From Lama glama (taxonomy: Eukaryota): a DNA stretch of 64,000 bases. A program made the translations under genes and the position numbers. How positions within the stretch are numbered: position 1 is the first letter of the stretch; each line of letters begins with the position of its first letter. Below, one piece after another: positions 1 to 11,750 of the stretch. The stretch lies in contig CM052819.1 in the NCBI GenBank assembly GCA_028534125.1, positions 105,958,001 to 106,022,000 of the forward strand, written 5' to 3'. Below the pieces are notes generated by a model. The model did not search any database. It was given only the letters and a program-made list of their open reading frames with translations, and was not told where the DNA came from.

Positions 1-75
1 CCACATTTTAACTTTGAGGGCAACTTTGGCAACCAGAAGCAAATTATAAAGAGGCTAATTCCACACCAAACTTAC

Positions 76-111
76 CTGCCACAATTCCTTCCGGAGGGTT
101 CAAGGTTAATT
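76..111 (-). CDS. UBE2G2: Ubiquitin-conjugating enzyme E2 G2, coding exon 2 (36 nt, (Q)LTLNPPEGIVA(G))
   Basis: Minus strand reads ttttgtag|AATTAACCTTGAACCCTCCGGAAGGAATTGTGGCAG|gtaag. It is in phase with exon 1 and the peptide matches UBE2G2. Later exons lie outside the window. Confidence 0.96.
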
Positions 112-1099
112 CTACAAAATTAAAAAGTAAAACCATTATGAAAAAGAATGATTATGTTGCATTTTAACTAAAAAGTGTAAAGCATACCAAAGACTATCAA
201 TTACATGGTACACATATTAACAGATGAAAATGCTGCTTGTCCCAAGTGAATGTCTGCTCCAGTTACATTTCTGACCAAGACTCTGTAAGCAGTCCTTTAT
301 AACAGCAGAGCAGTTTCAGAACTGTAAACACTTACAAATGAAGAAACATCCAAGAGAGTCAACTGTCTTTCCAAAATACTCCCTCTGGATATTTTGATTA
401 AAGCGCATAAATCAATCACAGTATATTATTTCCTAACTGAAATGGACTTTCTGTCATTGCGAAAGTTGGAACAAACCTTTCTGAAGGTGATAAACTAGAG
501 CTGTGAATAGCACTGAGGTTTAAAAAGCCTGGTATCCTCAAGTTCATCAAGTGGTCTACAGGCTGGCTGTCGACCTCCGACTCCAGGCTACAAAACCTGT
601 GGGCCCCCGGGCGTGAGGCCCCACAGGGTATCAGACCAACACCGGGAGCAGAAACAGGAGAAAACCAGTCGGCAGCAGCGTCTCTTGGCAATTTAAGAAG
701 GTGAGAAGTTGCTCAAAGCCTGGAGGCCCAGCTCTGCCGCCTGGGAGCTGCTGCTGAGGAATGTGACTCCCACCCTCGGCCTCCTCAGTGTGCACACAGG
801 AGGCCCCAGCGTGAAACCACGCCTGTGGACGGACTGGAAAGTGGATGACGGGAGATGGAAGGGGACGCGGGCAAGACGGGCAGCCACGCAGGACCACGGG
901 GCCAGACGGCCAGTGCCTCCCGTCTGGGCCGAGTGCCACGCCAGGATGCTACTAGAATAGTGAGGAGCACGACAAAACCAGACAGACATACCATTAACAG
1001 TCCCTGCCAAACAAACACAAGGCGTAAAGACTGGAAAAGAGGAAACAGAGCCGTCACTGTCCTCAGATGCTGTGCGTACCGACACGGAGAGTCCAGAAG

Positions 1100-1760
1100 A
1101 ATCTAGAGGTAAATTATGAGAAAAAGTCTGCCGAAGCTGCTGAATACAGGGTCAGCAAACAGAACTGAGTTGTATTTCTACACACAGCAAGTGAGAAGAG
1201 GAAACCTAGGGAAGACAACCATTACAACGGGTAATGTGTAGAAACAAGTGCTTCACAGATGTACAAGACCCGTTACAGAACAGAAATTATTAACACGTAG
1301 TATTAAAAGACCTTAATAAGTGGAGATTTTATCACACAGATTAAAGAACTCAGTATTGCAAAGTTACCCATCCTCCTCACGCTGAAACCTACGGATCAAG
1401 TGCAACCTCAGCCAAAATCCCAGCAGGTTTTCCTGGAATTTTACAAGGTAATTAGTCCTAAAACATCTGTGAAAATGCAAACGGCCAAGAACAGCCAGGA
1501 CACTCTTCAAAAGGAGTAGATGGAGAACTGCACCCACGGGCCATCAAGGCTTCCGACAAAGCTACAGCCAGCCAGGCGACGGCACCGCACACGGCAGACC
1601 GGGGGAGAGAAGGGAGCGCGCCCGGAGCGGGCCGTCAGCCCGCGAGGAGGGCAGCAGCACCCAGAACGGAGGAGAAGGGCTGCCTGCCCACAGACGACGC
1701 TAATCTTTAAGAACAAAATATAAAGCCTTTTCCCTGCACACAAAAATCAAAGCGCGTGAG
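1100..1760 (+). mobile_element. Highly degraded L1 (L1M-type) ORF2 fossil
   Basis: Recognisable L1 phrases (tgtatttctacacacagcaa; aaaatcccagcaggttt; aaagctacag; cacaaaaatcaa). Boundaries approximate. Confidence 0.6.
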
Positions 1761-1780
1761 AAAACAGGGAGAAGGGGCAG

Positions 1781-2520
1781 GCGACATAACAGAAAACACA
1801 TACACAGGTCTCTGCCCCAGGTCCCAGCAGAGCTCCTAAATCCCTCGTAAATTCACAAGGGCAGGCGCAGTAGGAGGGTCTTTTGTCCTAATGAGGTGGC
1901 TCCGGGGGGGCTCGGGGCAGAAGGGGGGGTAAGACCAGGCCACAGTTCGGGTTCAGCCTCACCCCCAGCCCCCAAGGTAGTGAGGGGCCTGGAACTGGGG
2001 TTAACAGTGGGTCATGCCTACAAAGGAAGCCTCCATAACATCCCCACAGCATAAGGATCGGGGAGCTTGGGGGCTGGTGAGCACGTGGAGGGGCTGGGAG
2101 GGCAGTGCCCCAGAGCCAGGAAGCTCGGCGCCTTTCCCCACACCCGCCCCCCCACACCTCTTCCATCTGGCTGTTCCTACGTCAGCTCCTTTGTAACAAA
2201 CTGGTAACCCAGTAAGTAAAGGATCCCTGAGTGCTGGGAGCTGCTCTGGCAAATTAACCGAACCTGAGGAGGGGCTGTGGGGACCTCCAATTTACAGCCC
2301 GTCAGTCAGAAGCAGAGGTGACAACCCGGACTTGCAGTGGGCACCTCCAGGCTGGGTGCGGGGGGAGTCTTGTGGGACTGGGCCCTCCGCCCGTGATTTC
2401 CAGGTAGGTCATTAAACTGTAGGACACCCAGCTGGTGTCCAAGAACTGCTTGGTGTGGGGACAAAGCCCACATGCCTGGTGGCAGAAGTGCTGTGAGTGG
2501 GGGAGTGAAGGGGAAACACA
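1781..2520 (+). mobile_element. MER21-like solo LTR
   Basis: Diagnostic blocks (agagctcctaaatccct; catgcctac..gaagcctccataa; ctcttccatctggctgttcct; ctctggcaaattaaccgaacctgaggagggg; ggacacccagctggtgtcc). Similar to the copy at 53053-53705. Confidence 0.7.
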
Positions 2521-2589
2521 GGAGAAGCGAGGTGTTCTAATCCCGGCAGAAGAACGAGCAGACCCACCAGCAGAGCAGACACGGGGGCA

Positions 2590-3340
2590 AATGAGCACAT
2601 GAAAAGGTGCTCAGCACCCTGAGTTGTCCGGAAACGGAAGCCACAGCCACTGACAGGCATGGCTGTGCACCTTCTCAGTAAAACGTCTGTACTAGCCGGC
2701 ACAGAAGAGCTAAAATTAAAAAGACCGATAGTATCAAGAGTTGCTGAGTTAACAACCGGATCTCTCATGCACCACGGGAGATGCAAACGGTCTCGTTCCC
2801 CTTTGGTAAACAGTTGGACCACTTCTAACGAAAACAGTTTAAACATACGCTTACCCTGAGACCCAGCAATTCCACTGGTGAACATCAACCCAAGCGAAAC
2901 AAAGCCCCGGAGAGGAGAAGACGCCTGTGACACATACAGCCGGCAAAGGGCCGTCTCAGCTCCTGAAGGAGGCCTCCCAGATCACTAAGAACAAACAGAC
3001 AGCCCAGAAGAAAGCCAAGCACAAGGCCTGAACAAAGGACATCTAAGTGGCCAGTAAACATACGACACGGTGTTCAACCTCATTAATCATGGGGAAATGC
3101 AAGCTACAACCACAGTCAGAGCTCCACCCCCGCCAGGATAACCCAGTAATCAGAGCTGAGAAGGTGACCGCAAGGAGTGTCCACACAGATGAGGAGCCAC
3201 AGAAACAGAGGAGGAGGGTAAACTGCACAACCACTTTAGAAATGAGGTTGCTCTTGTCTACTACGACCCAGAAACTCCCCGCCGGAGCACAAACTCATAG
3301 AAATATGTGCACACGTGCACCAAGAGATATGTCTAAGAAT
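2590..3340 (+). mobile_element. Degraded L1 3'-region fragments
   Basis: atgaaaaggtgctcagcacc; gacccagcaattccact; caacctcattaatcatggggaaatgcaa; aactgcacaaccactttagaaa. Confidence 0.6.
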
Positions 3341-4189
3341 TTTTTTTTTTAATGCTGATGTCATGACTTAGAAGACTAGCTTCAGAGTCTCGGTAGCAAT
3401 CAACATGCTTTTGTGCAGATAAACTTACAACAAATTATAACGATCCTCATATGAATCAAACTCCGGGAAAATATGGGGAAATAGCAGGTGAAATGTCACT
3501 GGATGTGATTAAGGAGCTTTACACTGTAACACTGGGCACTCTCCCAAGAGAGACTGAGAACGGACTGTGACCAAGGACAGCAGCCTAAGCAGGAGCAAGG
3601 AGAAGCCACCACTGATGAGAGGTCTCAGGGAGTATAAACCTTACAGGACAAAGGACAGTTTAAATATCCTCCCGCCATCATGAAACACTGTTCCAACCGG
3701 TGGTTTAAAAGTCTGCCGTGTGTCTCTGTCTTGCTATATAATGTTATGTGCTGAAAAGTGCACAGTTACAATTCTAATCACAGAGTCACTCAGCTCCAGG
3801 GTGCTGTCTTCCCCTTCCATGTGCTTCTTGGTGGTATCTGAAGCTCCGAGGGGCTCTACAAGACACAGGGCAACGGGGCAACCATTTTGGGTGGCCAAAA
3901 TGTCCAGAAGTGGCCAACCACTAACCACGTACCAGCTAGCAAATATCACTTCTGCTTCTTCTCTGCCAAGACCTACTCCAGCCAGCGGGGAGGTCGTGAT
4001 GACTGAGAGACACGGTCCTGCCCTCAGTGCACTTAAGTCCCAGCGGAGGCAGACAGGCAGTAAACAAGGAGACACGTAAATGGAGCATTCCAGGTGCTGC
4101 TGGGCGCAGCGAGGACCAGGGCGAAGTGACAGAGAGGCTGGCCAGGTCATCAGGAGAGGCCTTGCCATGCAGGTGGTACGGAGGTGGGC

Positions 4190-4455
4190 CTTCTCTTAGC
4201 CGAGGCATAACTGACACGTAACCGCATGCTAACTCCAGGTGCCACACAGCGATGCCACGTTGTATCTGCTGTGGAGTCACCACCGCAGGAAGTCTACTCG
4301 GCCTCACCACCACCACAGACAGCTACGGAACTTTTTTGAGATGAGAACTTTCAAGATCTATCCTCTTGGCAAACGTCAAACATACAACACAGCATTATTA
4401 GCCAGAGTCACCATGTGTCCATGACCCTCCCCAGGACTTATCACCTTATCGTGAG
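4190..4455 (-). mobile_element. L1MA-type 3' end fragment
   Basis: gatgagaactttcaagatctatcctcttggcaaacgtcaaacatacaacacagcattattagccagagtcaccatg is the antisense L1MA 3'UTR motif. Confidence 0.6.
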
Positions 4456-4721
4456 AAAGAGCCTCACACAGATGGGGGCAGATGAACTGCAAGCTGATAA
4501 AGGGGGCGGGGGGGGCACACCGTTAGTGGGAGAGGGGCCCGGAGCCTCGAGGAGGAGCTTGGACCAGAGGGCCGGCCTTCCTCCTCCTCAGTGGGGCTCC
4601 CCTGGGGACTGCCCTCCCCCACAGCCTCCCTTTGGGAGAAGCAAAGTCTAAACCCTGCAGCTGGAGTCTGAACCCTGCAGCTGGAGCAGGGCGCCGCCCT
4701 CCCACCTGCGTCCTTAGTCAA

Positions 4722-4740
4722 CAGCGCCATCTACTGGTCA
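4722..4740 (-). promoter_or_regulatory. Predicted CTCF site in UBE2G2 intron 1
   Basis: Minus strand TGACCAGTAGATGGCGCTG fits the core consensus CCASYAGRKGGCRS exactly. Confidence 0.7.
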
Positions 4741-5329
4741 ACAAGGGGTCATAGTGCTCGGGTTCTCCAGGCAGAGGGAAACTTCAGGACTACATTCTGC
4801 TTCCTTGTTTTGTTTTTTGTTGTCAACACATGCACATGCACACACACACACCCATAAAGCTTCAGATTTAATAATAAAAACAACCTCAAAAACAGAAGCA
4901 AGATCTCACTATCAGAAATTTGCAAAGACCATTCTTTGCCACTGATTCCTTGAGAATGTTAATTTGAATTTTAAAAAAAACATTGTTTTAAATAGTGGCT
5001 TAAAAAATAGACACCACACAAAATGAAATAAAAATACATGCTTTGACCCAGCAGTCCTATTTCTCGGAATCTAACCCACAGGTACATTGGTAAAAATAAG
5101 AGAAGACACGTGCATAAAGCTATGCGTCTCAGGACATTCTGTAATAGCAAAAAGCTGGGAACAGCCCCAAATCTCTATCAACAGGAGACCAGTCAAATCA
5201 TGACACGTCTACTGACAGAACACCTGCGGCTGCGAAGAGGGATGACGACTACGCCGGGTGCTGGCACCGCACCAGGTCCAGGGCGCGGCAGGTGAGAAGA
5301 GTAAAGCGGAGACGAGCTTCTAACGAAGG

Positions 5330-5600
5330 TCTCTGAGGAGGCGATTAAAGGTAAATGTGGTCACGGGGTGGACCCCAATCCAATTTGACTGGTGTCCTTA
5401 TAAGAAGATCAGGACACAGACATGCATGGAGGGACAACCAGGCAGGGACACAGGGAGGAGACAGCTGTCCACATGCCAAGGAGCGGGGCCTCGAAGGGGC
5501 CAGCCTTGCCACATCTGGACCTCGGACTGTGAGAAAGGAACCTCTGTGATGCAAGCCCCGGCCCGCGGCTCTCAGTTACAGCCCCCAGGCAGGCTGACAC
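5330..5600 (+). mobile_element. MLT1A/B-type MaLR LTR
   Basis: ggggtggaccccaatccaatttgactggtgtccttataagaaga ... ctgtgagaaa ... gctgacaca. Confidence 0.7.
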
Positions 5601-5602
5601 AG

Positions 5603-7785
5603 CGCTCGAACAACTGGACAGCTATCTGCAAACCAGCTCCAAGTAAACCTTGACCTTTTCCCCATACCATATACAAAATGTCCCTTGACGTGGACCACAG
5701 ATCAAAACGTAGGCGCTCACGGTATAAAGAAATCACGGGGAAAACCTTAGTGATCTTATGTTAGGCAATGATTTCTTAAACATAACACAGAAAGCAAGAA
5801 ATATTTTAAGTCAATCAACTGGACGTCACCGAAATGCTTAAAACCTGCTCTTTTAAAGGCAGTGTTATGAAAATGACAAGACAGGCCACAGGAGCTGCGG
5901 TGCAAGGGGCACACGTTCACCCAGCAGAGGGAAGCAGCTCACAGTGCACGCTGAGCCACAGGGCAGCAGTGCGCCAGCTGTTTTCTAAAAAGGCGAGCCA
6001 GAGTCTAAGAGAAACTATTTACAAAATATCCAACATATAACTTGTACCGGCATTATATAAAGAACTCCTACAACTTAATGAGGAAACAATACACCCAGTA
6101 AAAAGTAAGCAAAAGACTCAAGGAACATCAACAAAAAAGGTGTTTGGATGGCGTACAAACCATGGGCTGATACGTGACATCTCTGGTCATCAGGAAAATG
6201 TGAGGTAAAGCCACAATGAGATACCACTACACACCCAACAGAATGGCTAAAAAGTTTTAAACTGACCATAGCAGGTGTCAAGCAAGGCAGTGGGGCTGCT
6301 GGAACTCCTAACACACAGCCGGTTGGGAAAAGCTTGGCTGTTGCTTTAAAAATCAAACATACAGTTCACATGAGACCCAGCTGTTTACCCAAAAGAAATG
6401 AAAACAGATGTCCACAGCAGGACAGGTGCCCAAATGCTCACGGCAGGTTTATCCGTAATACCCGAAGGTCCACCAGCAGGTGAGTGCAGTAACAAGCCGT
6501 GGTCTGGCCACACAGCGGACTCTCCTCTGCAGTGAGAGGGGTGGACCGCGGACGCAGTCAACAACCTGGCTCCTGCGAGATTCACCCATGCTGAGTGAGA
6601 GAAGTCTGACGAAAGGAAAGTCAAAACAACCACGGTGAGTGACAGAAGGCAGATCAGTCACCGCCTGGGACCTGGGGGTGCAGGAGAGAGAAGGCAGAGC
6701 TGGATTACAAAGAGGCAGGAGACCTAGGAGGGTGGGGATTCCACACATCATCCTGACTGTGGTGACGGCTTCACAGAACTCATCAAATGTACTCTTTAAA
6801 TACATCAGCTTCCTGTATGTCAACTGTACCCCAATACAACTGCCTTTTTAAAGAAAGGTGGCTGGAACAAGGCTGAGAAGAGAAAGCACAAACAGGGATA
6901 AAATACTCGTAACACATATAACCAACAAAGAATTAGGAACATAAAAAGGGACAGGGAACTTACAAAAAACTCCTACAAATCAGAAAGAGAGAGAAACCAC
7001 ACTACGAAAATCTGTTAAAAGACACGAACAGACATTTCACAAAGGGAAAAACACAAGTCATCTATTAACATGACACAACGCTCAGCTTCATTCACTAATC
7101 ATGATCTACAAATTAAAACCACAAGGAGCCACGTCACACCCATCGGGTGGGTGGAAACAGACCTGCATGGGACCAAGGGGTCAGTGAACACGGAAAGTGA
7201 CCAGTGCAGAACATGCACATGGGGAACCACCCACAAAGCCGACGTGAGCACGCTCCAGGACCGCGTTACATCCAGGTCTACACCGTGCACAGGCACACCA
7301 CAATGTCCACGGCAACCTACGTGCATGATCCTCCAACACTGGAAATAGCCCACATGCCCGGCAGCAATGTAAAGGGTAAATTTGGGCTTATTCACAAAGT
7401 GAGATACTACCCAGCAGTGAAAAGAACACAGCTGTATGCTTCAGCATAAATGAATCGCAGAAACAGCACTTAGCAAAGATTCAACTTGTAGAGTACACAC
7501 TGTGCAATTCCATCTCCACTCAATATAAAAACGGGCGAAAGTAAGTAACATGTTGTTTAGGATATACTGAGGGGTAGAACTATGAGGAAAAGGGAAAGAA
7601 CAACGCACACGGCACTGAGTGGCGGTGACCCCGGCGGGGGTGGGAAGGGGCACCGAGAGGTCTCAGCCACGGCTAGAGTTCTGCTTGGTAAGCAGGGTCA
7701 CAGGCACAGACGTTCATTTTACTGTTCCATCTGAACATACACCTTTTACAGCCTTTACATATATGACATACTTCACAATAAAAGA
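5603..7785 (+). mobile_element. Two adjacent old L1 3'-region fossils (about 5603-6852 and 6880-7785)
   Basis: ORF2 C-terminal and 3'UTR motifs (ttaggcaatgatttcttaaacataacac; ccacaatgagataccactacacacc; gacacgaacagacatttcacaaa). No intact ORF. Confidence 0.7.
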
Positions 7786-7809
7786 TGCTTTAGAAAGCTG
7801 AGAGGGATT

Positions 7810-8360
7810 AATTACAGGGAAGGAAGACAGTAGCGGGAAGGACCGGCTGAGACTGGTGGTGCAGAGAAGGCGTCTCTGGGCAGCAGGGCAAGAGTAATGA
7901 TGACACCAGTGAAACGGAGAGCTGATGCTCGGAGAGAGGGGAGTGTGCCAACAACGGCGCCACTAGGGCTGGAGAGCCACGCTGGGCTGGGGAACGAGGC
8001 GAGGTCAGAGAGGCAGAAGGGCCAGAAGAAGCAGAGCCTGAGCTGTCAACGCGAGGACTTCTGGGCACTGGGACAGGATCTGAGGTGCTGCTGTGCTGCG
8101 GGCAGGGCAGAAGCAGACCACCGTGAGGGCGGTGCCATAGCCACAGGTCAGAGGTAGCAGCTCAGGACAGTGTGGGACTCTGGATAAAGTCCAAACAACA
8201 GATACAAAAGAGAAAGTGAGACTTCAAGGATGAATCTGTTTTGAGCCCAAACAACCAGAAGAATGAGGCTGCCACCAACTGAGAGGGGGAGACTGCGGGG
8301 CCACAATGGGGCAGGAGCACAGGGGCTCAGTTTTAGAAGCGGAAGTTTGGAGTTGCTATT
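7810..8360 (-). mobile_element. L2 LINE fossil
   Basis: Purine-rich L2 signature (gaggtcagagaggcag..ggccaga; caaggatgaatct..ttttgagc; gctcagttttaga). Confidence 0.5.
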
Positions 8361-8364
8361 ACTC

Positions 8365-8762
8365 AGTTTAATAGTGTCCCCTAGAAACTGTGAATGAATG
8401 TGACCTCATCTGGAAACAGGGACTGCGCAGATGTAATCAAGTTACAAGGAGGGCACACTGGATTAGGATAGGCCCTCAACCAACGGCTGGTGTCTTTGCA
8501 AGGGGAAAGATGGCCACGCGAACACAGGGGCAGAAACTGGAGTTAGGCTGTCACGAGCCACGGAACACCATGGACCGCCAGCAACCGCCAGGAGCCAGCA
8601 GAGGCGAGGAGAGATTCTTCCTAGAGCCTTCGGGGGGAATGAGGCCCTGCCGGCACCTTGATGTGGGACTTGGCAGCCTCCAGAGCAGGGAGAGAGCAAG
8701 TCTCCGCTGTGTTAAGCCCCCTACATTGTGCTGCTTTGCCAGGGCCGCCCTGGAAACCAGTC
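8365..8762 (+). mobile_element. MLT1C/D-type MaLR LTR
   Basis: gaatgtgacctcatctggaaacaggg..gcagatgtaatcaagtta; gattcttcctagagccttc; gcctccagagcagggagaga. Confidence 0.7.
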
Positions 8763-9211
8763 CCTAGGTCCATCTCTGACACTCCCAGCAAAGGCCAGAT
8801 GACGCACGAAGATAAAACATCATGGAGAGGTATCAGTCTAGGGCATCTTGGTTCTTTTCCCGTCTCTCCTTTTTTTTCGGTTGTAAGAACCCAGGCAAAT
8901 CATTTTGTCTGTTATGCAATTTCCTGTAAAATTTGTAAAACCAGAGGCCTGAACAGAATCATTTCTAAGGTCTTGCCACCTGTGTCTGCTGCTCTGACTC
9001 TTCTCAAATACAAGACAGTGAGCCTGAGCCCCACAAACATCTACCTAAGCCCATTCCGCACAGAAGCCGTTTCTTTAAAACCTACCTTCCCACTGCTTGT
9101 GCCGCCTAAAACGTGGCAGGAGGCCAAACCAGACGCTAAGGCACGGAAGACTCACTAAGAGGAACTTTATCATGTTACTACCAACAACAAAACTCCCCTC
9201 TTTAACGCACC

Positions 9212-9778
9212 GTATCCACGTTCTACGGTAATGTGACAATTACCGCAAACTCAGTGGCTGAAAACAACACCCACTGATGAGCTCATGGTTTCTGTGTGTC
9301 AGAAGGCTGGACACGGTGCAGGCCAGACGGTTCTCTGCTTAGAGTCTCCCAAGGCAGTAGTCAAGGTGTTGGCAGGGCTGCTGCCCGGAGTTCATTAAGG
9401 TGTCTGGCAGAATCCTGTTCCCTGCGGCTGTAGGACAGAGGTTCTGGATACCTCACTGCTGTCAGCCAGGGGTCACTCTCAGGTTCGAGAGGCCACCGTA
9501 TCCCCAGCTCCCGGCCCAGCAGTCCAGGCGGGTGGAGGCCTTCTCACCCTGCGGATCTCCCGACCTCCTCTCCCGCCTCCTCTTCTGTGTGGGGGCCTGA
9601 CGTGAGCACGGAGTTCCACCCCGACAGTCCAGGACACTCTCCTGTCCTAACCTCAGCAGGTGTGACCTGTGAACGACTCTCCAAGGCCCCCGCACACCAG
9701 GGCCACGGTTAGAGTCTGACCCAGCAGCCAGGGCACGGGGGCCTTAGGGAGACACCTGCACAGCTCTGTCTGCCACAC
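9212..9778 (-). mobile_element. MLT1-type MaLR LTR (antisense)
   Basis: gtgacaattaccgcaaactcagtggctgaaaacaacac; caaggtgttggcagggctg; ends tctgccacaca. Confidence 0.6.
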
Positions 9779-10499
9779 ATACTCCAAAACGTCACATACT
9801 TACACATAAAAACACACACAGTACACTTATGTGATACAACTTCGGAAGTCAACGGCTATTTATGTTTTTTTATCACCACAAATTGACAATATGGTAGAAA
9901 TACTGGATGAGGTTTTTGTTAAGTACAATAAGGGGGAAAGTATTAGGAACTACAAGCTGAACAATGCCAAGACTGGACAGAAACAGCCACCTAAATTTAA
10001 TTCCCTAAGCAGGGGTTCCAAGAGTCCTGTGCTACAGAAATGAGAAAAGAATACCTGCTCGCAGTCTCGAAACAGGGCTAAACAGACTGAGACAGACACT
10101 GAAATGCAGACCAGGAGGGCAGGAAATGGCACAGGTTTCCGGGCATCTGACCCCCAGCCAGGCGTCCCACGAGGAGACAGAGGCAACAGCCCCCCAACAT
10201 CCGAGCCTGTGCTGGGAGGGAACCATCTCTCCCAACTCTGCCCCTTAAGCCCTCCTTCAATCTACCCCCTCCTTTAGAGACACTGGATGATGCGTGTTAC
10301 TGAAACGTTCATTTTAATGAGCCTGCCTTTGCGACACCGGTCTGCTCAAGCCAGACAGCAACACGGCCACCAATGTGGTTTAGGAAACTGAGGTGCACGT
10401 GTTCCTTCCCAAGGAACTTTGCTACATTTATTACTTTACTTTGTGTTCAAGCTTTCGAGGGTGTCATCAGGATACTGACGACAAAACCAGCCAACACTA

Positions 10500-11750
10500 C
10501 GTACAGCTACCCGCCAGATTCCCGGCTGCGCCTGACCCTCCCCGCGGGAACGGCGCGGAGGGTCAGGCCGCTAGCACGCGCAGGCGGGCCCCCACCCCGT
10601 GTGTCCCGCTCGGCAGAGCGCGCCCAACGCGAGGGCAGCCCGCCTTCTCCCCGCAACCGTCCCGGGAGCCCAGCGGGAGGCTTCGGCGCGCCTCTCCCTC
10701 CGCCTTCCCCAGTGAGGGAATCCCGCTGGCTGCGAAAGCAGCCGGCGCCGCGAAGCCCTGCCCGCTCACCGAAGAGGACGCCGGGCCCGACCTTTCGCCC
10801 CGAGCTCCTCACAGCGCGCTCCCTCTCCTGCTGCTCGTCTGCGACGCCTCCGGGCCCCTGGGGGCCCTCCCCTTGGCCCCCCGCGCGTCCGCGAGGCTGC
10901 GCTCGGGACCCAGCGCGACCGTCCAGGCTCGCCCCGCCGCCGCGGCCCGGGCTCGCGGCCGGGAGCGGACAGAGCCGCCCGGAGCGCGCACAGACGGGCC
11001 GCGCTCGGCCGCGCGGGGGCCACCGGGGCCCCGAACTCACGTTTGTACTCGGCCATCAGCCTCTTGAGCGCCGTCCCCGCCATCGTCCGGGAAACAGCTG
11101 CGCCGTTCGCCTCGCCTCCTCAGCGCTCGTCCCTCCCGCCTGACGCCGCGGCCGCTTCCGGGTCGCCGCCGGGGCACAGAAGCCCTTCCGGGGCGCGGGG
11201 CGCGGGGCGCGTGCGCGCGGGAGGTCGCGCCGGGGAGCGGCGCGCGCGGGCGGGGCGGCTCTGGTGCCGGGTCCTGCGTCCCGGTCCCCGCGTCCCGGTC
11301 CCCGTGCTCCGCCGCGGCCCTAAGCCGCTTTGCGGGGTTAAGGCCGCTTCCAGGGGTCCGAATTCCTGTAGGGGACTGTCCAGAAGATCCCGGAGCAGCG
11401 GGCGCCCGGCTGAGCGCGTAGGAACCGCCTGGTCCCTCCTCGTGGCCTCAGGGAAGGGTCGGCGGCGGGGACGCGGATGGAGACGGAGGGCGGAGACCCC
11501 GATGCGGGACGGGGCTGGAGGGTGGAGACTGAGGACGCAGGACTGCGCGGGGGCGGGCGGGGCCGGCCGCCCCGGGCCGAGTGCTGGCCGAGCAGACACC
11601 GTCCAGACTGTTTTCTGAGGGCGCCTCTAGAAGGGGAGGGTCGGAGACGCCGCCGGTCCGCTACGTGCACACCGCGGCTGGTGGACCGTGGCGGGGCTCA
11701 CCGGCCGTCGCCCCGTGTAGTTCAGAGGAGGTGACTCAGGCCCAGCTGCA
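10500..11750. promoter_or_regulatory. CpG island / UBE2G2 promoter
   Basis: Very high GC and CpG density around exon 1; ETS (CCGGAAG on minus strand near 11155 and 11185), GC boxes and NRF1-like GCGTGCGC. Confidence 0.9.
11041..11083 (-). CDS. UBE2G2: UBE2G2 coding exon 1 (MAGTALKRLMAEYK + 1 nt)
   Basis: ATG at 11083; 43 nt; donor AAAC|gtgagt; peptide is the UBE2G2 N-terminus. Confidence 0.97.

Noticed and set aside
3339-3900. Poly-T run followed by unique sequence, suggesting a minus-strand retrocopy
   Set aside because: No matching target-site duplication or recognisable parent gene was found.
10373-11734. Long ORFs at the UBE2G2 promoter and a possible divergent lncRNA (human has LINC01424 here, from memory)
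   Set aside because: The ORFs are CpG-island artefacts, and no exon structure for a lncRNA can be supported from sequence alone.
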